DNA from: an uncultured virus (IMG/VR IMGVR_UViG_3300017989_000061)
Taxonomy: Duplodnaviria > Heunggongvirae > Uroviricota > Caudoviricetes
IMG/VR virus record: IMGVR_UViG_3300017989_000061
Strand: one strand, 5' to 3'
DNA length: 64,000 bases
Shown piece after piece: positions 45,770-57,777 of this stretch. The notes beneath the pieces are model-generated. The model was given only the letters and a program-made list of their open reading frames with translations. It was not told the DNA's origin and made no database searches. How positions within the stretch are numbered: the first letter of the stretch is position 1; each line of letters opens with the position of its first letter. A program made the position numbers and the translations under genes.

Positions 45770-46204
45770 ATGAAAACTCAATGGCGTAACGTATCGGGAC
45801 AGTTCAATATCGAAATCACTATGATTGGCAACGGTAAGGTGTTCGATGTTGATGGGAATGAAATCAACTTTGTGTCACCTTGCCTCCAATCCAAAAGTTG
45901 GATTAGGCGACTCGCCAACTCTCTACTTCGTTGTCACACACCTGTTGTTGAAGGTGAACTGACCATCGACTTTCTGAGTTCCGGGTTCAACGATCCCGGA
46001 AGTATGTATGGTGGTCCAGATAATCTAGGTTATCCACCAGAAGGGGATGATGAGAGATTGTATGACGATGCGTATGTCACGACATGCGATGGGGACACCC
46101 TTCAACTGACAAAGGAGGTCGGTGAGCAGTTGTTTGACTTCTACACTGATCAGATTCACGACATTGAACTCGAATGTGATTACGACTATCACGAGGATTG
46201 GTAA
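45770..46204 (+). CDS. hypothetical protein
   Basis: RBS before ATG 45770; ORF open from 45683. Confidence 0.65.
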   Translation: MKTQWRNVSGQFNIEITMIGNGKVFDVDGNEINFVSPCLQSKSWIRRLANSLLRCHTPVVEGELTIDFLSSGFNDPGSMYGGPDNLGYPPEGDDERLYDDAYVTTCDGDTLQLTKEVGEQLFDFYTDQIHDIELECDYDYHEDW

Positions 46205-46212
46205 CATGGAAA

Positions 46213-47199
46213 ATGAAAAGCGAGGCTTGTATGAGGTTTCAGGAAATAGCTGAGAAAGTCAAGGATGGTTCTATTGTTCTTGACACCCAAGGTCACAACA
46301 TCAATCCATTGCGGTTCATTGAAGACTGTGATGACACTGTAGCTTTAGCAAATGGATCTAATGATGGCAATTGGAGAAATGTATCTGATGCTCAGATGCG
46401 TTCACACTATCAGCTTCTTTTAGACAAGCAGGTGCAAGAGGGAGATGAAGTTAAGGAAAACTGGGCTTCAGATGGCGTTTTTTGCTTTAACTGTGGGCGT
46501 CATCTCAAATGGGTTTTTGATGGCGATAGATTGACTCTTCGTGGTTACTTCGATCCAGAAAAGAGAGAGCATCTGAAGGTGCCTTTAGACACCCTTTGTG
46601 AATTGCATGAGCCAAGACCACTCACTGGCAGCATCAATGTTCAGAGTCCGTTGATATTTGCTAACATTTTCAGAATCGTTGATGATTGTCCGAAGGACAA
46701 GAAATACACTGAGGATTGGTCTCTTAACGCAATCCGTGGCCGAATCAATGTCACAAAATACAAAGCCGATCAAAATGTAGCCTGTGGTCAAATGGGCAAC
46801 ATGAGTGTTGGTATCTATACGCACCCTAATGACTCTACATCAATTATTATGGGGTGTTGTTACAAACAGGATCAAATCTTCGATAATATGTCTCAAGAGG
46901 AATATAATGATCTTACAGAAGATCAAAAGGAAGAATACGGACTGATTGAAGGGCATGAGAAGATTGGCGAACTTTGTCTTGATGTCTGGCGATGGGAAGC
47001 CGCTGATCTCAATACTATTGGTGACACCCGGTACAAGGAAGTGAAGAGCAAACAGGACACTGTGAAGCTGAATGTTCCTCATGGCACTTGGGATTTCGAG
47101 CACTACTATGATTTTCCTGATTATGAAAAGCTTAGTGGCAGCGAATTCATCTATTCACGATTCAAACTAAGAGAGGAAAACAATGACCAAACTGTTTGA
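46213..47199 (+). CDS. hypothetical phage protein
   Basis: About 330 aa; GQMGNMS...CLDVWRW; start uncertain. Confidence 0.75.
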   Translation: MKSEACMRFQEIAEKVKDGSIVLDTQGHNINPLRFIEDCDDTVALANGSNDGNWRNVSDAQMRSHYQLLLDKQVQEGDEVKENWASDGVFCFNCGRHLKWVFDGDRLTLRGYFDPEKREHLKVPLDTLCELHEPRPLTGSINVQSPLIFANIFRIVDDCPKDKKYTEDWSLNAIRGRINVTKYKADQNVACGQMGNMSVGIYTHPNDSTSIIMGCCYKQDQIFDNMSQEEYNDLTEDQKEEYGLIEGHEKIGELCLDVWRWEAADLNTIGDTRYKEVKSKQDTVKLNVPHGTWDFEHYYDFPDYEKLSGSEFIYSRFKLREENNDQTV

Positions 47200-47950
47200 T
47201 ATGGAAACAATCGATGCACAGGAACTGGCACTGGAATACAACCGTGTCGGTGCCAAGTTTGGTAAAGCCTTTCGCCACTACATGGAAGAACTGCCTGTGT
47301 TGGATGGTGATCGGTTTTGGGAAATCCTTGAGAAGTATTTCCGACCGCTCGTTGTCGAACGAATCACCCGACAGGATGCAGCAAAGGATGCTATCTCAGA
47401 GTTTTTCCGAGTGCAGAGTGCTGCTGGCAAGGTTCAGGTCTGGGATTCCAGAGGCGGCTATCGCTACGAAGAATGCCCCTACACCTTTGATGAAGCACTT
47501 CGCTTCGCTAAGACATGGGAGCATTACAAACGAGCTTTGTACAAGCCTCTGTTTAATGTGGTCGAGGACAAAGGTGACGATGGTTATGGTGACCTGTTGG
47601 ATTCTTTGCCATTGGCAGGTCAGGTTGTTCACAATGCTTGTCACGACCGTGATTACGGCGATAACGAAGAGTTCCGAGAAGCCGTCAAGAACACCTTGGA
47701 ACAAGTTGTTGACACCCAGATGAAAGGTAATGAGTTCGTTGATGATGAACGAATTGCTAAGGTCAAAAAGCGACTGGTGAGTTTTGTCATCGACGGTGAG
47801 AACTACTTTGAGATGAGACTGACCGATATTGCTCAGAGTTGGTTCGTCATCTGGGCACGAGATCAGTATCTCGCCGAACAGGAAAAAGAAGGAAAGGACG
47901 GAAACGAAGTTTACTCTGAGGAGTTTTCAGGCTTCGATCTGAATATCTAA
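47183..47950 (+). CDS. hypothetical protein
   Basis: GDDGYGDL segment; GAGG RBS. Confidence 0.75.
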   Translation: MTKLFDMETIDAQELALEYNRVGAKFGKAFRHYMEELPVLDGDRFWEILEKYFRPLVVERITRQDAAKDAISEFFRVQSAAGKVQVWDSRGGYRYEECPYTFDEALRFAKTWEHYKRALYKPLFNVVEDKGDDGYGDLLDSLPLAGQVVHNACHDRDYGDNEEFREAVKNTLEQVVDTQMKGNEFVDDERIAKVKKRLVSFVIDGENYFEMRLTDIAQSWFVIWARDQYLAEQEKEGKDGNEVYSEEFSGFDLNI

Positions 47951-48454
47951 ATGGCAAATCTTGCTGCTGTGATTCCAAAAACGATGCCCTCTGATGATGA
48001 AATTCACTCATTCATCGAGGGCATCGTTCGTAAGAAGTTCCCTCAATTCATGTTGGTTCGTCACGAGAAACCAACCTATACAATCTGGACCCTCCGACAC
48101 AAGCTGGAACAGCATATCGCTCTCCAGTTCTGGACAGGCAAGACATTCAATCCTGATGAAGAATATCAGGAAGCTGAGGATTACACAGAGATGCCCTGTA
48201 TTGAATTCCAGCATGGTCACAACTGGAATTTTCTATGGTGGGTTGAACGTGAGCTAAGGGAACCACTGGCTGTTCATTTTGATGCCAGAATCATCGATGA
48301 TGGTGTTGGTGAAACAAAGCCTAAAACGAACAGTTACGACACCTATGAAGAATACGTGAAAGCGACAATGCCTGAATGGTCATTGTCTGTTTGGATTGAT
48401 GAAGAAATCCAGCACGTTCCCGATGACATCAAAACTTTGATAAAGGCAGAATAA
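47951..48454 (+). CDS. hypothetical protein
   Basis: coupled ORF. Confidence 0.7.
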   Translation: MANLAAVIPKTMPSDDEIHSFIEGIVRKKFPQFMLVRHEKPTYTIWTLRHKLEQHIALQFWTGKTFNPDEEYQEAEDYTEMPCIEFQHGHNWNFLWWVERELREPLAVHFDARIIDDGVGETKPKTNSYDTYEEYVKATMPEWSLSVWIDEEIQHVPDDIKTLIKAE

Positions 48455-48711
48455 TGATTGGTGTTGGTGACAAAGTGACATGCAAGCTGCCCGTGGAAGG
48501 ATATTACAGCGGTTATGGGATCACTCCCAAAATCGTGTTCCAGCCCGGTATGGTTGGTAAAGTCACCAGCATTGCACCAAAGGTCTGCAAGGTCAAAGGA
48601 CCAGAGTTTGATGGCAAGGATGAATTTCTTGTTGTTGACTACCATGCACCGGAAACGGACACCCAACAACGAGTTGCTCTCAATTTCTGTAACGCTATTT
48701 TGGTGAACTAA
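48454..48711 (+). CDS. small SH3-like hypothetical protein
   Basis: VGDKV...GMVGKV. Confidence 0.6.
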   Translation: MIGVGDKVTCKLPVEGYYSGYGITPKIVFQPGMVGKVTSIAPKVCKVKGPEFDGKDEFLVVDYHAPETDTQQRVALNFCNAILVN

Positions 48712-48768
48712 AATGCACATCAAAGTTTTTCACCGACTTGAAAGAACTAAAGCAGCGGAAAAAGCAGC

Positions 48769-49041
48769 ATGATTCCAAAATTCACATCCGAACAAACTGT
48801 GGCAACATCCAATGCTGTTGACTTCATGGAAGAACACAGCATTGATGGAAGGGAACTTCTCAATCGTCATTTTGCTGGTGATTGGGGCAATCAAAGTACA
48901 GGCGATATCAAGCTAAACGATGCTGCTCTTGAAAATGGGTCACGTGTCATGTCATCTTTTGATACCAGTGGTGGCACTCTATGGATCATCACAGAATGGG
49001 ATCGAAGCGTGACTACGATTTTGATGCCCAGCGACTATTGA
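48769..49041 (+). CDS. conserved small mobile-element protein
   Basis: RHFAGDWG...ND.AL..G.R..S...WIITEWDRSVTTIL.P.DY. Confidence 0.75.
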   Translation: MIPKFTSEQTVATSNAVDFMEEHSIDGRELLNRHFAGDWGNQSTGDIKLNDAALENGSRVMSSFDTSGGTLWIITEWDRSVTTILMPSDY

Positions 49042-49093
49042 TGACACCCATCTAACAAACATCGAATCACTTTTATCAAAAGGATAAATTAAC

Positions 49094-49681
49094 ATGAACA
49101 CCATCCGACTTCGATTCATTCCCCAAGCATGGGAGACCGAAAACAAGGCTATTGTCTCCCCCGGTGGCGACAGATGCCTGATCTGGTCTGTGCCAGTCAA
49201 TGTTATCGACTTCGATTTTCACGAAGAACATGAGCGGCGTAATGCTCTTCGTAACGAAGGTTGCACCCCTCAGTGGATACGTGACTGGGATGGCCCCTTC
49301 CAGATCGAACTGGAAGACTACGACAATTGGGATGAATTCCTGAAAGCTCAGGAAAGACGATCCTTCAAAAACACCAAGATCCTCACACTTACTCAGGCAA
49401 AAACAGAGTTGGTTGAGTTTTGGCGAGATGTTCTTGTCAACGATCCACAGAACACTCTTGAGGTTGTTCGTTGTGGAAAATTGGATTCTTTCATTCCCAA
49501 TATCACTAAGTTGAACGACGAACAAGTTGCTGAAAAGTATGCTGAACTTTGTTTGGGTGAAAAGTATTGTGCCGACAGTGCTGAAAACCCGGCTGATCTG
49601 GTTCTGATTCAGGTTGATGATTATCAGTTCCGATTTGCTGCTCATGTTCAACAACTTCATGACGGCAAGGCAATTGCATGA
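49094..49681 (+). CDS. hypothetical protein
   Basis: PQWIRDWDGPF segment. Confidence 0.7.
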   Translation: MNTIRLRFIPQAWETENKAIVSPGGDRCLIWSVPVNVIDFDFHEEHERRNALRNEGCTPQWIRDWDGPFQIELEDYDNWDEFLKAQERRSFKNTKILTLTQAKTELVEFWRDVLVNDPQNTLEVVRCGKLDSFIPNITKLNDEQVAEKYAELCLGEKYCADSAENPADLVLIQVDDYQFRFAAHVQQLHDGKAIA

Positions 49682-49863
49682 ATTGGTTTCGGTTCATCCT
49701 CAAAGGCATGGCTTCGATTATGGAGGGCATGGCAACATTTACGTTGTTTCCTCCAAAACAAAGACGCAAGTTCAAAGTTCCATCGTTGAAAAACGGTTTT
49801 GAAACAGACGCAGAAAATTTGCGAAAAGATTACGAAACTCTAAAAGAAGATGGAATCTGAGTT

Positions 49864-50451
49864 ATGTCAAAGCACCCATTGAATCCAGCTAAAGCTGCTG
49901 AGTTTATCGGCTGGCCATTAGATGAGTGGGCAGGCAATTGCTACGGCATTGCCTGTCAACTGGTCAAACACAAGTTGATTCCCGGCAAGGCAGTCTATGG
50001 TCAGTATTGTGGGCCGATTGCTCCAACTTCCCGATTTGGCAGGTTTGAGTTTCATCATCATGGTTGGATCATCGATGGGGACACCCTTGTTGATCCTACA
50101 CGATGGGTCTTTGAGGATGTTGAACCCTACATCTTTGTGGACACAGCCAACAATACCAACTACGACTTTGGAAGTAATAGGCTGAAAGAAGTATTCATGC
50201 TCCCTCCACCACCACACGCACCGGAACAAAATCAATACAAGCTGCCTGAAGGGCCAGTTAAAGCATACTGTCAGTCTGTGTTTGAAACAGATGATGACAC
50301 CCTGTGTGCTCAACGTGTTGGCTGGATTGCCAGTCAGCCTCTTCACCATCTGGGAAATCTGGCAGAACCCATTTACAGGTGGGTTGCTGAAGATGTTGGT
50401 ATTCCCGGATTTATTCCTATCGACAACAAAATGCTCATTCTTGGAGAGTGA
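49864..50451 (+). CDS. hypothetical protein, possible transglutaminase/papain-like C-H-D triad
   Basis: GNCY...HGWI...VDPT. Confidence 0.55.
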   Translation: MSKHPLNPAKAAEFIGWPLDEWAGNCYGIACQLVKHKLIPGKAVYGQYCGPIAPTSRFGRFEFHHHGWIIDGDTLVDPTRWVFEDVEPYIFVDTANNTNYDFGSNRLKEVFMLPPPPHAPEQNQYKLPEGPVKAYCQSVFETDDDTLCAQRVGWIASQPLHHLGNLAEPIYRWVAEDVGIPGFIPIDNKMLILGE

Positions 50452-50452
50452 T

Positions 50453-50689
50453 ATGAGTGAAAGACAACTCACGATGGACCGTCTATTCGGCGGCGAATTG
50501 ACCCGGATTACTCCTGACTACAGAAACAATGGGAAATACCAGTTCGTTACTGGCTACACTGGTGGATTTACCGCAGAGATGTGTGTTCACTTAGACTTTG
50601 ATGAAGTTAAAGAACGACTCCAAGCTAAGTATGGCAAAGACACCGTATTGGTGGATGATGGAACGGATCTCATTTTGTCAAGAGAATGA
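50453..50689 (+). CDS. hypothetical protein
   Basis: GGAG RBS. Confidence 0.6.
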   Translation: MSERQLTMDRLFGGELTRITPDYRNNGKYQFVTGYTGGFTAEMCVHLDFDEVKERLQAKYGKDTVLVDDGTDLILSRE

Positions 50690-50739
50690 TGGAAATCATC
50701 ATTCAGTGACTAATCAAAATTTTTGTCTAAGGAAATATC

Positions 50740-51297
50740 ATGGCAACTGCTGTTCAACGGACACTAAAGCTGGCTCGTCTTGCAGAACAATTCTATGATG
50801 AACATGGAAGTGCAAAGGGTGATTATCACACAACCAAGGCTCTTGACTTTGTTGCCCCCAAGAAAGCGGAGTCGGCACCATTTTGTGATATGGGCGGCGC
50901 AGGGTTAGGTCTCATTGCCGTTCATCGCAAGAGGATTTATGCCAGAAGTTATAAGTTCGGCCCTCACCATTCACAGTCTGTATTTCTCGTTGGGAGAAAC
51001 GAGGCAGGGACTTACTTTTCACATTGTGTTCCCTCTGATTGTAGACAAGTGTTTTCGGCTCTTCAATGGATTTGGAATGGTCGAGCAAACAACATCGTTC
51101 AGCGACAGGGGGACATTGCCCTTGTTAAAGGTCGTGGACCGAAGTTCCCTGAACTTCCTCAAGGACACCTGATAGATCATGACAAGCAGTTCATCTTTCA
51201 CGAAACACATCCTCCGTTGAGATTTCCGGGAAAGAACGAACGCATCATCGTTGGGCGACGTGCCCACGTATATGTCTCAGAACAAACACGGGATTAG
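50740..51297 (+). CDS. hypothetical protein with RQGD motif
   Basis: GRNEAGTYF...QRQGDIAL...H...H.TH; resembles the C-terminus of the 39814 protein. Confidence 0.7.
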   Translation: MATAVQRTLKLARLAEQFYDEHGSAKGDYHTTKALDFVAPKKAESAPFCDMGGAGLGLIAVHRKRIYARSYKFGPHHSQSVFLVGRNEAGTYFSHCVPSDCRQVFSALQWIWNGRANNIVQRQGDIALVKGRGPKFPELPQGHLIDHDKQFIFHETHPPLRFPGKNERIIVGRRAHVYVSEQTRD

Positions 51298-51306
51298 GAT
51301 AGTGAT

Positions 51307-51654
51307 ATGAGTGATATGTTTTCTTACCTTGACGTTGAAGATGGTAAAATCCATTGTGGTGAACCTGAGCTGGTATTCCCTTGCACTCGTGAGGGTTGTC
51401 TGAATATGGGTAAAACACTTTGTGATGCTGGAGTTCAACAGTGGATGAATTCATCTTCTGTTCACCATCCAACTGAATATGGTGGAGAAGACATTGATGT
51501 TGAAACCATCATTGATGAAGGCTACATGAATAGCCTAAATGAAATTCATGACAAAAGAATCAACAAAGTCGCTGAGAAGACAGGTTTGACACCTGAAAAG
51601 GTGAAAGATGTTCTGAAGCACTTTGAAGTGATTTTGAAACCAGAGGCAAAGTGA
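51307..51654 (+). CDS. hypothetical protein
   Basis: co-directional ORF. Confidence 0.65.
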   Translation: MSDMFSYLDVEDGKIHCGEPELVFPCTREGCLNMGKTLCDAGVQQWMNSSSVHHPTEYGGEDIDVETIIDEGYMNSLNEIHDKRINKVAEKTGLTPEKVKDVLKHFEVILKPEAK

Positions 51655-51990
51655 TGAAACACTCTGATTGGATACGAGATAATGTGGGTGATGTTCACTT
51701 TCGAGCTGATGGTCAAACCGGAGGTTGGACTGTGAAGACATGGGTTGCATCTGTGGACACCTTCATAACAACAAAACACAAAGACTCACTTCCACCAACA
51801 ATGGATCAGGTGGTTGAAGCTATTCAGAAAAAGATACAAACCCTAAGCACTGAGAATGAGGCATAGACCGCTTCCTTAGTGCGACCATTGCTGACTATGG
51901 TAGGGATGACTCTCCCCCAGACAGGGGGGGAGTAGGGAAGTCAGTCCGGCTCGCACCCGGTCCCTTGGCAACAAATGGAGAACTTTTGAC

Positions 51991-52530
51991 ATGAAATTCA
52001 GTCAGCCTGCGAAAGAGAAAACAAAGAATTGTGAGATCGTCATTCGACGTAGTGAATGTGAAAACTTCACGATCATTACACCGAAACTATCTGACAAACG
52101 TAAACTCTGGCATCTGACTGAAGATCAGCGTTGTGTCCTCCGTGAAGGAATGTCAACAATCGGTGCATTCCGAACAGTTCGTGAAGCAATTGCCGAAGCA
52201 GATAAGCAAGCTGCCGATAAAGCAAAGGTCTGGCATTACTTTGTTGAACGTGCTGAACGAGAAATCGAATTATCTAAAACCAATCTTGCTGATCCAAATT
52301 GGAAAAGTCGGGCCTGCACAATCTCAGTACAGGGTGCCAAAAAAGCACTCAACAAAACTGTTGAGGAATTGGCACAGGAGAAGTACAATTACGCCAAGTA
52401 CCGGGCTTTTCTCAAAACTGGACCTGAAAGCATGGCATGGTCCAAAAGAATTGATCCTGCTGCATGGCGTGACTGGAACGCTATGCTTGATGGCACTTAT
52501 GTTCAATGGTGGGACAAAGTAGCAATTTAA
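51991..52530 (+). CDS. hypothetical protein
   Basis: GGAG RBS. Confidence 0.7.
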   Translation: MKFSQPAKEKTKNCEIVIRRSECENFTIITPKLSDKRKLWHLTEDQRCVLREGMSTIGAFRTVREAIAEADKQAADKAKVWHYFVERAEREIELSKTNLADPNWKSRACTISVQGAKKALNKTVEELAQEKYNYAKYRAFLKTGPESMAWSKRIDPAAWRDWNAMLDGTYVQWWDKVAI

Positions 52531-52565
52531 TTTCTTGACACCCTTCTACCTTTGGAGAAGTAAAA

Positions 52566-55500
52566 ATGTTTCAAATGTTTGAACCGAATGAAAACCTCCC
52601 TTCAACAAGCTCAGAACATGCCTGTCACACAGATGGCGTTCGCATTCTTCCAAAAATGCAGCATGTGACAGTGGGTCTCCCGCCCGGATTCAATGGTTGC
52701 CGACTTAATGTCGTTTACCATGATGGTGAATCCAAAGGCTTGAGGATCTCTAAAAAAGTAGCTGAAGTTTTGTTGGCTCAGGGTTTTCCAGCAGAGGGAT
52801 AAATATGCAATACCAAATTGGCGATATCGTCAAAGCCACACAAAGGTTGGTCAGTGAAGACCCTAATTCTGACATGGAAGTTCCGTTGGGAACACTGGGC
52901 GAAGTCCGAAGACGAAGCGATGTTGATTATTACAATCCTGATGTGACCTTTGTTGACGGAGACGGACCACGGGAAGGTGATCCCGATTGTTATGTGGTTT
53001 GGTGGGGTGATGTCACTTGTGACACCCACATATCTGAAATGAGACTTATCTCAAGACGGAACCCACCTGTGAGTGAAGCATGATTCAACACACAACCCGA
53101 ATTAAATACAACGACGGACGAACTGAATCGGTCTATTATCTTCTTGAAGAAGATCGATTCAGATTTGTGCTTGACTACAACAACTGGCACAAGCCGAAGG
53201 ACGGAGAACCGCTTTATCAAGCAATACTCAGAGTCTGGTCAGAGATTTGTAAGACAACTTGGCCCGATAAACCAGAGTTTTGGCCATCCGAAATTCAACC
53301 AGCCGAAAATGCCGAAACATGAACACCAGAGATCTAACGCCAGAAGAACGTGAGACCTTAGATGAAGCATACGGCAAGTATTGTGAATCATCTAAGGAAA
53401 TCATAGATCGTGCCACTAATGCTGGTCACAGTGAACATCAGGCTCTTTTTGATGCCATTGGTGATGAATGGAATAAGTATCTTGAAGTCATGGAAGACAT
53501 GGACATCATTTCGACCGTTCATGGATATTATGTGCGGTTGAAAGACATTCCATATTCAGAGGAAGACTTCCATGCCAAAACCAATGGATGATAGAGAACT
53601 TTACATTCTGGCACTTGAAACACAGGCTCAGCTCGAAAGAGGAATGCTGTGTACCGTCCGTGAGAATTTGGCGAAGATCACGGAGGGTCTTCGTATGAAG
53701 CACATGAAAGCTACAATTCAGACACCCACTAAATCACAGTTCGCTGATCGAGATCAATGGGAAGGAAGATAATGATTACAACTCCCACAGACCAACTTTT
53801 GGATCTTGTCAACGACGGAAAATTGGACGTTGATGGATTCTCTCTCGAAGGCATTGTAGACAATGCTCGTGAGTGGATGTTTGAAGGATGGGGAATTCCA
53901 TCCCAGTCAGACATGGGTGGTGAACCCACTTTGATTGCTGCTGCTATCTTCAATGAAGCAAAAACACAGGATCAATGTGTGAAAGATGGAGATTCACACC
54001 CGGATTATCCTAAAGCACTGCGTTGGTTTGCTCATGCAATCCTCAAAGTTGATGGACATGATCCAAAGTTCACAGAACGTGTTGATGAACTGAAGAAAAA
54101 TAACCTTGCACACTGGGCCGCAATCTTGGCAGCGCTTAGTGAAGATGGAGTTATGAAATGACAACACAGACAGAATTGCCTTATAGCTTCGACCTGCTTC
54201 ACGACATTAAAACCCTTGAACAACTTCAGAGGGAATACAACGACGCAGTTGAAAAAATAAGAAGTCTGGAAGATCTCTGCAAGGATTACAAAATCCAATT
54301 GCAGACACCCAGTAGGAACGATGACGAGTTTCAACCGTTCGACCATGATGCCGCAAAGATTCAGCGTTGCAGGGTTCGACCGGGCAAGCCAGTCGAAATC
54401 AAAGTTACAGGGGACAGAGACCAGCGTGGTCCTGACAACTCTGTAATGCTTTGGGTTGATGAAGATGACAAACTTCACATCCGAACATGGAAAGCAGATC
54501 GTTGTTATCAGTTCGATAAAGTCATCGAAAATGATGGCTGCATCGAAGTTGTTGCCAAATAAAGGACACCTGAATATGTTCACAGATAGCCCGGAAATTG
54601 CCAAACGTGATCGAGTGATCACGACTCTGCACTATGAGAATGATCAGTTCCGACAGTTTTTCACGTCACCATTTGATCAATATGCAGAGCATGTTGGCAA
54701 GGCTTTTACTGTGATCAAAAAGACACAGGAATTCAAAAACGCCACTGACCACGAAGAAGGCAAAGAAGATATGTACTTGATTCGTTTTGAAGACGGTACA
54801 GAAATCGAAGCATTCGGACACGAAGTGTGCATTCTCGACTACGAAAAGTGCTACCCACTAATGAAGGACACCTAATATGTCACTGTCTGAAAACGCAACC
54901 AAAATGTTGTTTGAACTGGCACCTGTTGACTTTCAGTCATTTATCAATGATCTGAGTAATGTTGACCGTCAGAAGTTAGCAGATGAAATTGAGGGAATTG
55001 CCATTCAAGCTACTTTCGCTCACGCTTATGTGCAAGAACGACACGGTTACGGTTGCGGAGATCAGGGACACGAAGACGCTGCTAAGGCAGCAAACAAAGC
55101 ACGACGCAAAGTTCGCAACAATGTCATTGGGTACAATGAAACCCGAGACATTCCTTTCTAAGACACCCAAAGGGAAATCATGACCACACAAGCCCAAAAA
55201 GATATCGAACAGGAAATTGAGTGGTATGAGCCACGTTGGCCGATTGCCAAAGCAATGAGGGAATTGGGCGAGATTGGGTTTGAGTTTTCAGGTCATGGCG
55301 TAGGTTTTGGCGGTGAGGATTTTAACCTTTCTAGGGAATCAGACTATTACGTTAATTTCTGTGATAAAGGCAAAGGAAACGGGATAGTGGCTACTGTGTA
55401 TCCGTATCCAGATGATGACGTTGAAGACGAAGTGCTGTTTTCAGGTTCAGCAAATCAAGCTGTCTTGTTCATCAAAGACACCTGATAATTAACCTGTTGA

Positions 55501-57007
55501 TTGTTACCTCTAACATTGCAGGAGTCGATGAATGACCACTGAAACCAAATTCTACCGAACTTCATACTCCTCAGCATTCGACCGCATTGAAGAAGGTCCA
55601 CAGTCTGAAATTGACTATAAGGATCAGAAACGTGGTGAAGAATTCGCTGAGACGTTCTCCCAATTCGTCAACAAGATGAGTGGCGACGAAGCATGTGCTT
55701 ATGCCATTGACAAAATGTCCCGAGATCACCGAACACTGCAACAGGGCATCACTCGATTCTGTGTTGGCTGGCTGGAACATCTTGCCGAAAAGGGAGTCAG
55801 TGCCAGTACGTGCGATCTTCGCAATGAAGCAAGCATGAAACTGGCACAAATCTTTGTCCAGAATGTTCGAGTGGAAGATCGATCTCTACCTAACGTCTAA
55901 GGAACATCATGCTTGAACTGTTTGACAGTATCGATAATTCATCTTTGATTACACTTGGCATGGTTGCTGGTCTTATCGGCGGATTTGCTGGAGCTATGTT
56001 CAAAGATGCCTTCAGGAAGAAACGAGTAACCATTGTTACCAACATTACTGGAGAAATCATAGATTATCATGTGCCCTCTGGTGTGGAACTGCGTGTTACT
56101 AATGGGAAAACGGTAAACCTTGTTACCAAGGATGGTATCAGAAAACCAGATCATCACATTGGTGATTATCTTCCATAGGAGACATCCATGAAACAGAATG
56201 ACGCATGGGAGTTTGCAGTCAAGAGTCTGAGACTTCGATTTCTTCAGAACAATTCACATATCCCAAACATTGATTCGTGGATTGATGAACAGGTTGTCCA
56301 GACTTTAGACGCAATCCGAAATACAGCAAATTCCAAATCTACTGAATCAATGGTACACAAAGTGGAAGGAAGATACTAATGGAAACTAGGACACGTGAAC
56401 AGGCAGAAGCAGACGGGTATCCCGTTTACAACAATGGTCCTCATATTACCATCGATGTTCCCGATGGTCACTCAACACTAAGTTGCGTTCTGTCAAATGG
56501 TCAGCATGTGACCTTTGCTTTTTGCTCTTACTCTGAAGTAGGTGTTCCGAAGTGCGTTGATATTATGGCACACAAAACTGGACACCATGTTGAAAATGGT
56601 TCAGCCAAAGTTCCCACACAACGAGTGATGGCACTTGGTTGCGGTCCAACAAACTTCAGATCGACTCATGAAGACAAATCTCCAACAACAATGGCAGTTC
56701 TGTTGCTGGATGATCCACCAGAGGAGTGACAATGATTAACAAGAATCTGGCAATCGCCCCTTACACTTTGGGTGAATACGAACGTCTGGCGAAACTCGTC
56801 GATGCTATCGTTGAATACGAAACGGGAGAAGAAAACTCGTTCTATTCTCCACCACATGGCGAAGAAACCCGAAAAGTAGACATTGACGTAATGGGCAAGA
56901 ATCCAGATTTCTATGCGATCAATGATCTTGATCCTACAATGGAACCAAGACTCGAACGGATTGCAGAAATCATGAGGATGATCGTTTGGCGTCGAGTGCC
57001 TGCTTAA
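52566..57007 (+). other. run of about 15 small (60-135 aa) hypothetical genes
   Basis: Abutting + ORFs, approximate starts 52566, 52805, 53080, 53319, 53572, 53772, 54158, 54576, 54877, 55180, 55532, 55909, 56188, 56379, 56726. Confidence 0.7.
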
Positions 57008-57056
57008 AGACACCCGGTAAACCGGCATTCAACAACTCCCATTAAGGAAACAAACA

Positions 57057-57662
57057 ATGCCGAAGACCGACCCTGTAACTGGTTGCACTGTAATGACTCA
57101 CTTTGAGTTTATTGCCGAAGAAGCACAGCGAACCGGACAACAGCCAGAAGATTATATGGTTGATCTCTGGAATGAGATCGACGAAGACAACCGACGTATG
57201 GAACAGTCACTCAGTGAGGTTTCTGAAACCGGACCTGAACTGGTACGAATCACTGAGGAAACACACAAAGATTGGGCAGAAACAAAGCAGTGGTATGCTG
57301 ACAATACCCCGGTCATGCATCGCAAGTTTGGTCGCAATGATGCTAACGAACTGATCAGTGTTGAGTACGAAGCGACCTTTGATGATCCTGAACCACCACG
57401 CATCCGACGTGTGCTTTACATTGAGTCTGTTGAATGTCACCAAAACACACGTGAATCCAGTGATTCTATTGTCGCTGTGGTTCTGTGTCGTGACTGGAAG
57501 TGTCGTAAGGTAAAACTGGACACCTACCACGACAGTGGAACACGAATCGATCCCCCTGACTATGGAGAAGAACTGGAATGGCAGGAAGACGTGTCTACGT
57601 TACGCTCGCTGTGGACTTGGACGCTGAAGACTTTGTTCCGATCAAAGAAATCAGTCACGTAA
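57057..57662 (+). CDS. hypothetical protein
   Basis: AAGGA RBS. Confidence 0.7.
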   Translation: MPKTDPVTGCTVMTHFEFIAEEAQRTGQQPEDYMVDLWNEIDEDNRRMEQSLSEVSETGPELVRITEETHKDWAETKQWYADNTPVMHRKFGRNDANELISVEYEATFDDPEPPRIRRVLYIESVECHQNTRESSDSIVAVVLCRDWKCRKVKLDTYHDSGTRIDPPDYGEELEWQEDVSTLRSLWTWTLKTLFRSKKSVT

Positions 57663-57777
57663 CAGATGCCATAGCATCTGACCCAGAAGAAATCACTGTT
57701 TACTTTAACCCACATCTCATTTTGGATGTTGAGGTAGTGAAGGTCTCAGATGAATTTCCACACTTGAGGAAGCAACA

